A DNA stretch of 64,000 bases. Origin: Lama glama (lineage: Eukaryota). Each line of letters starts with the position of its first letter. Positions within the stretch are counted from its first letter, which is position 1. Below, piece after piece: positions 37,363 to 49,689 of this stretch. Where the stretch lies: contig CM052832.1 in assembly GCA_028534125.1 (NCBI GenBank), forward strand, positions 22,260,001-22,324,000. The letters run 5' to 3'. A model generated the notes under the pieces. It saw only the letters and a program-made list of their open reading frames with translations. It did no database searches and was not told where the DNA came from. A program made the position numbers and the translations under genes.

Positions 37363-38038
37363 GTGTGGTCTGGCTCGGCCTGAGAATCCTCTCCAGGATC
37401 ACCTTTAGCTTCTAGGCTTTAGGGAAATACTGGTGCACTTATGCGTATTTGGAAGAAAGAGATGTGGGTGGTTCTTAAAATATTAATTACCTGAGAATGA
37501 GGACAGCCAAGCATCGCTTACACTGATGGTCTTCAGGCCTCCAAGCAGATTTGGGTCTGGAGGGGTTGTAATTCTGCCATCACAGCCCTGGTCATCTCCT
37601 TCTATTTGCACGATTCTTGTCCTACACTGAACAGAAGAGCCCAGGGAAGCTGATGATCCTCATTTGTATCAGTTAGGGTTTCAACCTGCTCTGAGATGTT
37701 CTTCATTAGGCTTGTAAGCTGGATTTATTTTCATGACTCTTGTACTTGAAGAACTGTCTGCCGCTGCCTTGTTCTGGATGTTTCTCCCTATGGTGCTTGC
37801 TCCCTATGCGAGAGGTGCATCTTCTTCTTTCTTCCTGTGCCTTCCATTCATTCTATTTTTATAAAACACACGGCTCCTCTCAGCATTTCCACACACATAT
37901 CCCCAGGCCTGTGTCCATCCTTAAGGAGGTTGGGCCAGAACTTCTCTAAGGTCCCTTTTTCCCTTGAGATTCCTTCTGCTTGGCGTCTCCTGCCATCTTC
38001 CCTTAAGTCTGCACACAGATTGTTAAAGGCTTGAATCT

Positions 38039-38160
38039 TTTTTTGCGGTGGGGGAGGTAATTAGGTTTATTTATTTATTTGTTAATGGAGGCCCTGGGGA
38101 TTGAACCCAGGACCTCATGCATGCTAAGCCCACACTCTACCACTGAGCTATACCCTCCCC
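38039..38160 (-). mobile_element. tRNA-Ala-derived SINE (camelid vic-1 type), full length
   Basis: The reverse complement reads ggggagggtatagctcagtggtagagtgtgggcttagcatgcatgaggtcctgggttcaatcccca..(taaa)n cctaattacctccccc..A-tail. Flanked by an imperfect TSD ending ttgaatct (38031-38038; 38170-38177). Confidence 0.93.
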
Positions 38161-39149
38161 GCTGAAGATTTGAATCTGTAAAGGACTCTGTGCTAAGGCA
38201 ATCAGCCCCTAGCCTCCACAGTGGACTTAAAGAGAAAACATCTGAAAAGAAAAACACTGGCTTTCCCTTCTTAGAGCAATCGGAAAACCAATGAACAATA
38301 AGGAGGCGTGTGTGGAATCTCTGAGGGGAGAGACATGAGCATGCTAGGCACGAGGCCAGGGGCTCAGCCGCCGAGGTGCTGCGACTTCGCTGGGAGAGAA
38401 GAAGTCTGAAACCTGGACAGTGCTGGGCCCCGGCCGGTGAGGCGGGACCTTCTCAAGGCCCAGGCTGGGAGCAGCTACATTAGCATTTCCCATCTCTCCA
38501 GAGGGCCTCTGTGTTCCTAGTAACTGCCGAGGGCCCTGCTGAGAGCAGCAGCGTCACAGAAAACTGCTGATGAGGAAACAAAACCCCTTTTCAAGGTGCC
38601 ACTGCAAAAGTAGAAACATTACTTGGTATTTACTACAGCCCTCGCTCCCACGTGGTCTTCTTACAGTAACAAATGTAATTCTGCTAGTAACTGTTTTGGT
38701 AAATGAGTCATATTGTAGCAATCTTCATGAATCAAAGCTAATTATATTTTTACTCAGCTAGCACTGGTTAAGAAAACTCCCTCATTCTTCAATTAGCGGT
38801 CTTTTCACTCTGGTATCTATCTAGAGGGTCTTCCGCATAATTTTAACCTAGTTCCTTGCTCCCTTCTCCCTGTCAGTTAATGTCTTCTTGGATTTTAATG
38901 CCTCCTCATGTTTTCTTGTGTTTTCTTCATCCTTGTTCTTTTTACATTTGTAGGAAACCACTGCAGTGAATTAAACCAGGCCTGCCTTGAGGAGACAGAG
39001 ATAATAGTCTTCCACAGCCAGGAGAGTTATTTATAAACCACAACATTAGTTTTTCACTCTGGAAAGAGAAGACTGTTGTTCACGTCACGTCTGTCTTTGA
39101 CTAACTTAAAATCTTCCTCATAATGACCATGGAGTTGAAATTGGATTAC

Positions 39150-39330
39150 TACTAATTACAGCTACTGCTCTTGCACATAGGTACCCCAAACTGTCAATGG
39201 CTTTACACACATTTAGCTCCTGACAGGTCACAATGACTCCATGAATGAATTGTTATTTTCCCCATTTTACAGATGAGCAAACTGAGGCTCTGAGGTTAAG
39301 TAATTTGCCCAAGGCTAGAGCTGCAGCAGA
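39150..39330 (-). mobile_element. MIR SINE
   Basis: cccattttacagatgagcaaactgaggctctgaggttaagtaatttgcccaagg. Confidence 0.92.
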
Positions 39331-39719
39331 GCTGTTTCTGATCCTAGGAGCTAGTTTTGCTTCTAACAGCTATTATATACCACTCACCTCGTTCCCTTCC
39401 CTTACTTCTCCAGTAGGGTGCACTGGGGCTTGAGTCATTTCGCTGCTCTTGGCCTGTTTCAAAGTGAACATAGGTCATCAGACTTTTGATCTAGATGGCT
39501 GGAGTCAGCTGTGATCGACTCCAGGTGATAAAACTGACTGAGCTGAGCCGGACCACCTCTCTGGTCTCCACTTCCTCACCCACATTTCCTTTTCCTGAAG
39601 ATACCAGGGCCTTTGCAAAACTGGAATACGGATCAACATGTCTTGAAGGCTTTGAGCTTCCATTTTGTGCCCCGCTGTCCTCTCCATGGTCCCTGCCGCT
39701 CTAAAAACCACTCACGGCA

Positions 39720-39975
39720 GGCCTCACCCATCAGAGATTCCAGTTTCTTTGGCCTAGGATTGGGCCTGGGCACACTTGCATCTCAAACCTGAACACGTGG
39801 GGGAATCTGGCTCAGCTGGACAGGGTGGGACCTAGAGTTTGCATTCCTAACAAGCTCATGGGGACTGTGAGACCTGAGAGATTCAGGTTCAGTTCGTCAG
39901 AGGTGGGGCCCAGTCATCAGCATTTTCAAACATGCCCTCCAATGATTACAATGAGCAGCCCAGCTTGGGACCCTC
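39720..39975. mobile_element. MER5-group (hAT-Charlie) fragments, at least two overlapping pieces
   Basis: gggtgggacctagagtttgcattcctaacaagctc and ggtggggcccagtcatcagcattttcaaa..tgattacaatgagcagcc. Confidence 0.7.
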
Positions 39976-40184
39976 CCATGTGGGGCTGCCTCTCTGTTTC
40001 TCCACGTCAGAACTTGCTCTCAGGTGTGTTATGTTTCCAGGCCAAAATGTGGAACAGTGTGAATCAGGAGGTTTTTTCTGAGCATCTCACCGTCCTTAGA
40101 CAACCCTCTTACCCCACTGAAGACTTGCCTTCTCCCAGACCTCCACCAACACACAGACCCAAAAGGCTTAGCTGTTTACCTGCC

Positions 40185-40282
40185 AGGTGACTTTGGCCAG
40201 ATCTGTCTTCCACTCTGGGCCTCAGTTTCTTCATTGCTAACAAAAGAAAATTGAGCCAAATGAGCATGAAGTTCTGTGATTC
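40185..40282 (+). mobile_element. MIR fragment
   Basis: gtgactttggcca..ctctgggcctcagtttcttcattg. Confidence 0.7.
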
Positions 40283-41159
40283 CTCCAGACACTCTCAGTT
40301 TCACTAAACAGGGCTGTCTTCCTTCTCTGGGGGAAAGGGTTGATGGGGCCTTGGGAAGTGAGTGCGTGGGCCGTTGAGGCTCCTTGAGTGGGTGGAGGAG
40401 GAGGTGGCACTACTGGCCGGGCCGCTTTCCCGCTGAGGATCCTTCACGCCACCACACGGCCAGGCTGAGGATGGACCGTGTAAGGCCTTGGCCACGGAAC
40501 CACTCCTTGGCCAATCATCTGGGCCTCAAGGAATAATCGGCCATGAAGTGTGACCACTGAAAAGTACCCGTCGTCCCCTTAGCCATTTTCCAAGGTGGTG
40601 AACACGGGGTGGGGAAGGGATGCCTGCAAAGATGCTGCTTGACTCGTTTCTCACCTGAGAGCAGCCCTGGCCGCATCCATTCCTCCGCGCGAAAGCAGCG
40701 CGCCCGCGGACCGACGTGACTGCACGGTTTTCCAGGGAATTCGTCGGCATCTTTCATGTCAGTGATATCTGCGAGAAACAGGAAACTGTTTTCCCATCTC
40801 ATTCACATAATAGGTAAGATGAGAAATTAGCTGCTGGATGAGCAACCTGGGGGCTGTTCATTTTGTCCCAATAAATAAGACTCCGCTGCTGCCGGCGCTG
40901 CTGGTGTGGTTGCGCCTGGGTGCGCATGTGCGCACCACAGGTCGCTTTTGGGATCCCCCACCAGCTTCACCCCCAGAGATGTTTCTTTTTGTGCTTTCTT
41001 CTCCACCCTACCAAAGGCTTTCCCAGCCCAGAGAGCATCAGAATCTGCGGAGTTGTGTGGCCAGTTAAAGCTTTGCCTCTGGGCCACCATAGGGACGCCC
41101 CCCCCCCCCTTTTGAGCCACCGTCCCCACACCTCCACCTTCTGGGAGCTAAACCCTGCA

Positions 41160-41320
41160 CCTCAGGTGTGGTCCACGCGCCCACAGCGTGGGCATCACCT
41201 GAGTGCTTGTTGGAAATGTAGTCTCTGCGGCCCCACCCCAGACTTACTGAGTCAGGGTCTGCATTTCAACAGGATTCCCAGGTGATTCATTCCTGTGCGC
41301 GTTCAAATTTGAAGATTGCA
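41160..41320. mobile_element. MER5A-type DNA transposon
   Basis: gtgtggtcc..gcatcacctgagtgcttgttggaaatgtag..ccccaccccagacttactgagtcag..ctgcatttcaacaggattcccaggtgattca. Confidence 0.88.
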
Positions 41321-41781
41321 GATCTGAAAAAACGAAAATGGATTTCGTCAACCCAGGAGATGGGGAGTCGGAGAGACTGCTTGACTTCCAGGGCTTCCGA
41401 GCAGCATCCGCCTCCCAAGTCACTCTCTGGGATGGGCACTAGGTTGCGCTGTCAGCAACCTGAGACTACAAAGGGGAAGCGGTTGAGGGTGCCCACGTGG
41501 GAAGGGCACTGCTATGTGCATTCGTGCCCACACATGCCCTGGCGTCCTGGGAGGGAGGGGCTCTGCTCCTCTCACGCACAGCAGGAGGGGACAGGGATGT
41601 GCCTTTAGGTTTTACTTTCCCTGGACTGCCCTCTTCACAGTCATGCCTAAAGCTCTTGAGAAACCGACGGGGGTGTGGGTGGTGGCAACGTGAAGATGGC
41701 GAGCAAAACTGGAATAATGTGACATTCAGGTTAGAGGTGAGGGGTCCTCGCTGCCTGTGTGTGGATTCGTGGTAGACGCCA

Positions 41782-42220
41782 TGTTAGTTTGCTAGGGCCG
41801 TGGTCACAAAGCACCACCAACTGGGTGGCTTAAACAGCAGAGATTTGTTCTCTCACGGTTCTGGAGGCCAGAAGCCTGAGATCAAGGTGCCGGCAGGGTT
41901 GGTTCTTCCTGGAGACTGAGGGATCTGCTCCCTGCCTCTCTCCTGGTTGCTGCAGTTTGCAGCCATCATTGGCACTTCCTGGCCATAGATGCAGCACCCG
42001 GATCTCTGCCTTCATCTTCACGTGGCATCTCCCCAGGTGCCGTGCCCACAGTTCCCTTTTTATAAGGATGCCAGTCAGACTGGATTAGGGTGCACCCTAA
42101 AGACCTCATTTCAACTTTACCTCTGCACAGACCCTCTTTCTGAATAAGGTCAGCTTCTGAGGTAGCAAGGACAAGGATCTCCACATCCTTAACCGGAGGG
42201 GGGGCACAATGCAGTCCCCG
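41782..42220 (-). mobile_element. MaLR LTR, MLT1C-like
   Basis: tgttagtttgctagggcc..ggtggcttaaacagcagagatt..ctggaggccagaag..ttataaggatgccagtca..ggattaggg. Confidence 0.92.
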
Positions 42221-42397
42221 ACGGATGTGCACATAAAGATTCCATGTAAGCTGCCCCTCCCGTTGCTGGGAGAGGGGAACTTTTCTTGCTCACTCCTACC
42301 CTCCTTTTGGAAGCTTTTGGGGTGACGAGGGTGGCCCCGGTCGAGAGGACAGCATGGCAGTGCAGCTGGAAGAGAGAAGGTGTAGCCATGCCGGGCT

Positions 42398-42424
42398 TTG
42401 TTGTTGTTGTTGTTGTTGTTGTTT
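42398..42424. repeat. (GTT)n microsatellite
   Basis: Read directly. Confidence 0.95.
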
Positions 42425-43630
42425 CATGTTTAGAAAACTAAAGAAAGGGAAATCAATTACGGGGCCTACCTGAATTTTATTTCCTCACCAAAAACCAAAT
42501 TACTCAGCAAACTTATCGCTGGCTGTTGCAGGCTTCGGTATTAAAGAAAACAATCAGGCGGGCAGGATTAATCTCTGACAGCTGCCTTATCTTTAACTTG
42601 CACCTTTGTTATTTTCTGATGAGCTTCTCCCTTTTTGCTGCCACGTTGTACCATACCTCACTGGTTCCTTTCATTTTATCATCAGGCAAGAGCGGAGGAC
42701 CTTTCAGTTTATTAAAAAAACCTTTATTTGTGAAGAACAAAGAGGGGGGAAAAAGGCAAACAATGAGGTCAGACAATCTCCTTCCTGCCAGGAGTCACTC
42801 ACCTGTTATTTAGAGTGTTATCAGTTAGGGGAGACTTGCATTGTGGAAAATGAGGCTGTGACAGGCCATTCGGTTACACACACACACACAAACCTGACTG
42901 ACATACATCAACCTCCACAAAAGGTCCTTGACTGGCGAAGAGGCAATATTTTCTTTTGTTTCTAAGCTTCTGCAAAAAAAAAAAAACCTAACAAACGTAT
43001 TCCTCCCTCCACCGCCCTCCCCACTTTCTCCTTCAGAGCAGCCGTGTCTTCCTGTAGAGGATAAAGCCCTGGGCATTTTAGTGACCATATAACTATGTCC
43101 CGTGTGAGCTGGGAGCAACTTGATTGGCTGTCAGGGGAGCTCGGCTATCTCTTATGCGTCTTATTTGCTGTTTATTAATTTGGAGCTCAGTTTTTGGCAC
43201 ACGCTGCTGACTTCTATTTGGAAGGGCAGTTATGTGGCTGCACCTGCCACTCTGACAGGGCTTTGTGAATCAGAAAGAACACTGCAAATTCCCTGGAATC
43301 TCAGAAGCCTCAGAGAGGCTTCAACAAGAGGTTGAAGACTCCTGTGGTTTCTAATATTCTGCATCCTTGATCCATTTTACAGCAGAATTATGACCAGGTA
43401 AGGGCACATTGAAGTCTGACAACTGTATTTGCCACTAATTAGCAGCGTGGCCTTGAGCCAGTCACTTAAGCCTTGTTGAGGGTTGGAGAGGTGCTCTCTG
43501 AGGTCTCACGCGGATCTATGAGTCTATGACGTGAGTATTGATCTATTGTTCCACATCACAGAGAACAAGCCAAAGATGCTCAAGGTTCAGATTATACCTA
43601 CTGCTTATGTCCTCCACCCAGGAGGCAAGG

Positions 43631-44181
43631 TGTATTCATTTTTTATTGCTGCTTAACAGGTTTCCACAGATTCTGACTCTGGTTTCTCTGGGTCAGAAGC
43701 CCAGGCGTGGGTTAGCGGGGTCCTCTGCTTGGGGTCTCACAGGCTGACATCAAGGTGTCGGCAGGGGCTGTGACCTCATCTGGGGCTTGGGACATCCTCC
43801 AAGCACTTGCAGGTTGTGGGCAGAATTCACCTCCTTGCAGACTGAGGCTGAGGTTCCTGTTTCCTCCCTGGCTCTCAGCAGGGCAGTTCTCTCAGCTCTG
43901 AGGCTGCCTGTACCACCTTGCCATGTGGCCCCAGAGGCAGTTCACATTGTGGTGTTCACCTTCTTCCGAGCCAGCAGGAGAATCTCTCTCTGAGGCTTCA
44001 CCTTCTTTTAAAGCCCCCCCCACCCTGATTAGGTCAGGCCCACCCAGGACAATCCTCCTTTTGTACTGGGGTGACAGCCCATCGTGTTCCTTGGCTGCAC
44101 TCATGCTCAAGGGGAGAGGATTCTACATGCACATCAGGAGGCGGGCATCGTGGGGGCCATCTTAGAATCCCACCTACCACC
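43631..44181 (-). mobile_element. MaLR LTR, MLT1E-like
   Basis: Starts tgtattcattttttattgctgc, contains aggctgacatcaaggtgtcggcaggg and gattaggtcaggcccacccaggacaatc, and ends gggggccatcttagaatcccacctaccac. Confidence 0.88.
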
Positions 44182-45237
44182 CAAAGTCTCCAAAATCTTT
44201 ACTAACTTTTCTCTAGGATCCATTGCTTCCTATAACCAGTCTTAACATCTTTCTCCTTGTGTTTGGTGGCAGGTCCATTTTGGGTCAGGGCAGAACTCTT
44301 AACTTTTATATTTGCTCTGCTCACTCCACTAAAGAAATGGGAAATAAACACTATGGTTTGCTTTACAGCTCCTTGGAAAGACCTCGAGGGTACTACCGAC
44401 CTCCAGGAGGACAGTAGGTGGGCCCACAGGAGTGGCTGTCATTTGGGTGGAAGAAGACATGCCCCCAGGCATAGCCAGGGATGTTGGTGGACCCCACAAT
44501 CTTGGAAATCTGCTTCTGTGCACCTAACAGGTCTTAGGCAGTGACCTTGAGCTCTACTGCCTCCTCAATTTTTTCTGCCTCTGATTTCCTGTGTAACTGA
44601 TCCCAATTTAGAAGCTCAAATTGGGCCTTCTGATTTTTTGACCTTGTTTCCTGTTGTTTTGCCTCCACTTTAATCCAGATCCTAACCTCTGAGGTTTTGA
44701 CCTCCCCAGTAACCTTGCCCGGATTCTTGATATCTCCCCTGTTAGAAGCTGATTCTATCTTTGAGTCTGAGCTGGACCCTGAAGGTCCTATAATTGGCTT
44801 TGGCAACTCAGTGAGAGGAGCCCAATCCCTCGTCCTAAGAAAGGTCCTGTGGGCCCATGTGACCCTCTGCTTGGCCGTACTGGGCTCTGATGTACGATCC
44901 TCATCCTTTGTCTCCTCTTCCCTGCACCCCACTCCCTCTCCCTCCTGAAGAATCTTGAGGAAGTGACTTTGAAAAGAGATGGAAAGATGCCAGCTTCTCA
45001 GCCTAACGTGCTTCTGTAAACTCTCGTGAACTTGCTCACAGCCTCTGGGCCAAAATCAAGAGTTATGTCCTCCCTCTGGGAACTGATGTCCGGGGCTTAC
45101 CGAAAGCACGGGGCTCAGGATCTGCTGCCAGAGGTCTTTTCCAGCCCCGAGAGAGGAAGCTACTCTCTATCTTTAGTAAAATGTGTGTGCGCGCACATAC
45201 ATATACATACACACACACACACACAGTCAAAATCTTT

Positions 45238-45916
45238 TAATGAGATACCACTTCACACCTATTAGGGTAGTAATTATCAAAAAGAAAAAACCAAAAAGAA
45301 ATCCCAAGCAAAAGGGAACATGGCCAGTGTTGGGGAGGTGCAGACACAGTGGAGCTTCGCACCTTTCTGGTGGGAATGTAAAATGGTGCAGCTGCTGTGG
45401 GAAGTCAGGTGGTGGTTCCTCAAAAAGTTAAACATCGAATTACCGTATGACCCAGCAATTTCGCCCAAACGAATTGAAAGCAGGGGCTCAAATGGATACT
45501 TGTACTTCAATATTCATGGCCACCCCCGTGTCCACCCGCAGGTGTATGGGTAAACAAAACGTGGTCTATACATACAATGGAATACCATTCAGCTATGAAA
45601 ATGAAGGGAATTCTGACACACATTACAACATGGATGAACCTTAAGAACATTATGTTAAATGAAACAAGCTATGCATGAAGGACTAATATTGTATGAGGTA
45701 CCTAGAGTAGTCAAACTCACGAGGGAGAAGGTGGAATGGTGGTAGCCGGGGACTTGGGAAGAGGGAACGGGGAGTTAGTGTTTAGTAGGTAGAGTTTCTG
45801 TTTGGGAAGATGAAAAAGTCCTGGAGCTGCATGGCAGTGATGGTTGTACAACACTGACAATGTGTCTAAATGCCTCTGAATTGTACCTTTTATGTATATT
45901 TTACCACAATAAAAAG
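45238..45916 (+). mobile_element. LINE-1 3' end, L1MB-like
   Basis: ORF reads WWECKMVQLLWE..WFLKKLNIELPYDPAI. The 3' UTR has gtttctgtttgggaagatgaaaaagt and ends tattttaccacaataaaa. Confidence 0.93.
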
Positions 45917-47729
45917 AAACCCCACATAGCCATATTTATGTGTGTGCTCTGAATGCTCACAATATGCAGATTACGGAGTATATTACAGAGATACAGAGTT
46001 CTTTTGGCAAAATGCCATATTTTAGTTCATGACACCATGCCAAGAGGAAAAAAGTCAACAGGAAAACAGCAGAGTGTGTACGTTCTTTCCAGCCAGGTGG
46101 CAACATGTGCCGTTGTCTTTTTTGCTTTTAATCAAGCACACAGGCAGCAAGCTAAGGGAGACCATGGTGCCTGGCGCTCTTATAACCAACTCTTTGAACA
46201 TGGGGAAAGGTTATTTTGAGCGCCAAGTATTGCCTAACCTGCTCTCCTCTTACAGAAGATGTTTAAGAGGATATAAATATGACATGGAAAGGAAAGGTAA
46301 AATAAATTGTCCCCATTAGCTCGAGAAGAGAAAGGTTGAGGTTAACTGTGCAGATGGAAGAGCCCTGGCTGGAGGACAGATCTGGGCTTTGGTCAAACAC
46401 TAATCAGTTTTATGACATTTTAACAAGTCGTTTTACTTTTGGGGACCTCAGTTTCCGCTTCTATAGAATAACAGGAGTTGTACCAGAGTCAACTGTTCAT
46501 TCTATGTGTATTAACTGAGCATCTGCTTGGGGCAAGGAAATCTGCTTAGGGCCTGGCGCCACGGGGCCAGTGGGACGACCGGGGCTCACAGCCTAATGTT
46601 CATCCTCTCTAGTCTCTGAGACTCCTTCCCAGTCTCCGGTTTACTCATCTTCATTTTTTTTTCAATCATGTTTTCAGGTATCACTGACATCCCCCCTCAG
46701 GGCATTCACCGCATTTTGCTTGCAAATCAGCTCCTCGCACACTTGTTTCATCAGCCCCCACTAGGCCGTGAGCCCCGAGGGGTGAGGAGTCATCTCTGGT
46801 ACCATCCAAAGGTGGTACCCTTTCGAGTGTCTGACAGTGTATATTACACAAAAAATGTGCTCCATACATGTTTTCCTGGCTGGTTTTCCTAATTATGAAG
46901 GTAACCCAATGAGCCGTTGAGGAGTGGAGACAGGACAAGTCAGGCTGGTTGGGAGGTTACTGCCTGGTCTGGGACTTCAGTGCAGGGAGTGACAGTGGGG
47001 AAGAGGAAGCTGGTGGAGCGACATGCAGCAGATGGAAGTGGCTGACTTGGAGCTCCGAGTCCTTTGAGCAGCAGGATCAGGACTCTGCTGGCCAAAGTGT
47101 TGGCCACAGCCCCAGTGCCAGGCTGCGGGGAGCCAGTGTGAGGGCCGGTGGGCGGGGCCGGCTGTGCAAGAATCCGGAGGCAGGTGGCATGTGGCTGTAC
47201 GGGTAGGTGGTGGGTGCGGTAAAGCCCAGGAAGTGCGGAGCAGGCAGGAGTTAGCTCCTGGAGGGACCGGCAGCAGATGGGAGGGCCGCCTGGGCGGGGC
47301 CTATGGGAGTGAGGCAAGGACCAGGCAGGAGAGAACAGGGTACAAGGTAGACATTTAGGGCAGAGACGCAGATGTGGAGATGTCAGATAAGAAACTGGGT
47401 ACAGGGTGGGGACTTGATGACAAGGAAAGAATAAAACACGGTTTGAAGTTTATTCAGGCATTCCCTCACTCGTAAGTTTGAGCTGTGTGCCCGGCCTGTG
47501 CCAGAACCCCTGCTGGGCCAGAGGGAGGTGGTGCGGAGAGGTGGTAAGACAAGGAAGCTCCCCAACTTCATAGACCCCCCACATTCTAGCAAGAGGAGGC
47601 AAGTGCCGCACAGCTAAACCAAGGGCTAGGAAAGTATCAGATGTATCAGCATCAAACTGCGCACCTACAACACCCACAGCTTCTCCTTGTTAATTATACC
47701 TCGATAAAGCTGAAAAAAAGAAAAGACAA

Positions 47730-48520
47730 ATACCAGACAGTGCTGAGCACTGCCAAGGAGGCAACCCTGGAGGATGAGCCTGGCCATCGGGGTGGCGAAG
47801 GAAGGCCTGGCTAAGAAGTACACGTGGAGCTGCCCTTGGAAGGACGGGGTGTGGGCGTCTCTGCAGTTCTGAGGTCCCGGCAGAGGGAGCAACACAGACC
47901 AAGGCCCAGGGGCCCGTGAGGAACAGGAAGGAGATGAGGGGGAGGAGGCCCATGTCGGGGTGGTGCCACCCCAGGAAGGTACAGGAGGCAAGAGCCGGGC
48001 CTCAAAGAGCCTGTGGGAAGTGACAAGGGACTTGAATTTTATTCTAAGAAAATTGGAAAGTTGAAGATTTTAGAAAGTAGGGGTACCAAGGGTGATTTTA
48101 GAGGACTAGAAATCTATTGCTCACAGTTCTGGAGGCTGGAAGTCTGAGATCAGGGTGCAGACAGGGTTGGGTTCTGGTGAGGACCCTCTGCCTGGCGTGC
48201 AGACGGCTACCTTCTTACTGGGGCCGCACACTGCACGGAGCGAGCTCTGGTCTCTCTTCCTCTCCTTATAAGGACACTAATCCCATGATGGGAAGCCTAC
48301 CCACATGGTCTCATCTACATCTAATGACCTCCCAAAGGCCCCGCCTCCAGAGAGCACCCCATCGAGGGTTAGGGCTTCAACATACGAATCTGGGGGCCGG
48401 ATACAAACATTTAGTCCATACCAGGAGTGATATGACTTTTGAAACTGTCCATTTGGCTGCTGTGTGTGAATGGGGTGTGTGTGTGGGGCCAGGCAGGGTG
48501 ACAGGAGATGCTAAGGGGCT
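47730..48520 (-). mobile_element. L2 fragment split by an MLT1A LTR
   Basis: ggcagagggagcaacacagaccaaggcccagg and ggacttgaattttattctaag lie before the LTR; ggagtgatatga..tttggctgctgtgtg lies after it. Confidence 0.65.
48105..48423 (-). mobile_element. MaLR LTR, MLT1A-like (one end missing)
   Basis: ctcacagttctggaggctggaagtctgagatcaggg..ttataaggacactaatcccat..aaacatttagtccatacca. Confidence 0.92.
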
Positions 48521-48884
48521 GAGATATAGAGTTACTTAACTTTTTGCAATAAATTCCTTTTAATAAGAACAGAAAGATTTTCCAGAGTATGAGTTTAGGC
48601 AAATCAGAACTGGAAGCAAGTGAGATCAGTTGTGGATACAGGTTGCACACAGGTTACTACAGTGAGTGACTGCAATACGTGTGTGTGTGTCTATGTGTGT
48701 GTGTTTACACGCACCTGCTACTGCAGGGGTGGTGTTGGAGCCGGAAAGAAAGGAGAAAGGAGAAAAAGGGGGAGGGAGAAAAGCACAAACTGACTTCCAA
48801 ACACCGGTATTTAAATTACAGCCAACATAGGAGAAGAACAGGGCAATTTTAAGTCTCAACAGAGTTTCCACAGAGCCAGAATAA

Positions 48885-49115
48885 AACGTAAAATATGTAC
48901 AGAAAAGTGGGTGTATCTTCTGAGGGCAGTTCAATGCATTTTCACAAAGTAAACACACCTGGGTAACCAGTACTCAGATCAATACACAGAACCGTCCCAG
49001 GACCCTTCACGCTCCCTTTTAGTCACGGCCCCTCCCCCAAGGGTCACCACTGCCCTCACTTCCGACAGCCTAGATTGGTTTTGCCTGTTTGTGTACATAA
49101 AATAAATGGAGTCGC
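48885..49115 (-). mobile_element. Old L1 (L1MD/L1ME-like) 3' terminus
   Basis: ttttcacaaagtaaacacacctgggtaaccagtactcagatcaa..tagattggttttgcctgttt..taaatggagtc. Confidence 0.8.
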
Positions 49116-49689
49116 TAGATACTATTTTAAAGTTGTTTCCAAAGCTATTGTGAAGCTTTTTCCAAAATGACGCACTAACTTGGAAAGAGGGGAAACCAGG
49201 GGTGAATGAAGACATGCTGTTGAAATCCACAACAGTTTATCTGTCCAGAAGGCTCCTGGTTCCAGACTGACTTTAAATGAAGGGAATATTCCAACATGGA
49301 AACGCTAACTCCTTAAGCACGTTTTGGCTTTAGAAATCTCATCCTGTGTCCTGCACTACTGAAGATCTGCCCACTTCGCTGTAAGGGGAACGAATGTGTT
49401 TGGAGGTCTCTAAATACTGGCCAGCTGACCTGGTCCCCTTGAGTATATTGTGCTGCTGAATTTCACACTTTGTCTCTGCAAAGCCAATATAAGAAGGTAA
49501 CAAAAGGAACAAGAACTAATCAACTTTTATTTCATAGGTATCTTACTTAATCTTCACAGATTTTTTTTATTCCCTGCTTTTTAATCCATATGCCTTTAAG
49601 TATGCTAAGATATCTTCCTCTTCCTTCCTTTCCCTTAATCAGTTATGATTTTTAAAATACAGAGAATAATTATATACATGTATGTATGT

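Noticed and set aside
38085..38160. tRNA-Ala gene
   Set aside because: It has A/B boxes but disrupted stems, a SINE-specific tail, an A-rich end and a TSD. A second diverged copy lies at 25.9 kb. It is a SINE.
44602..44625. Hairpin cccaattt-N8-aaattggg
   Set aside because: An 8-bp stem is expected by chance in 64 kb, and there is no extended pre-miRNA-like pairing.
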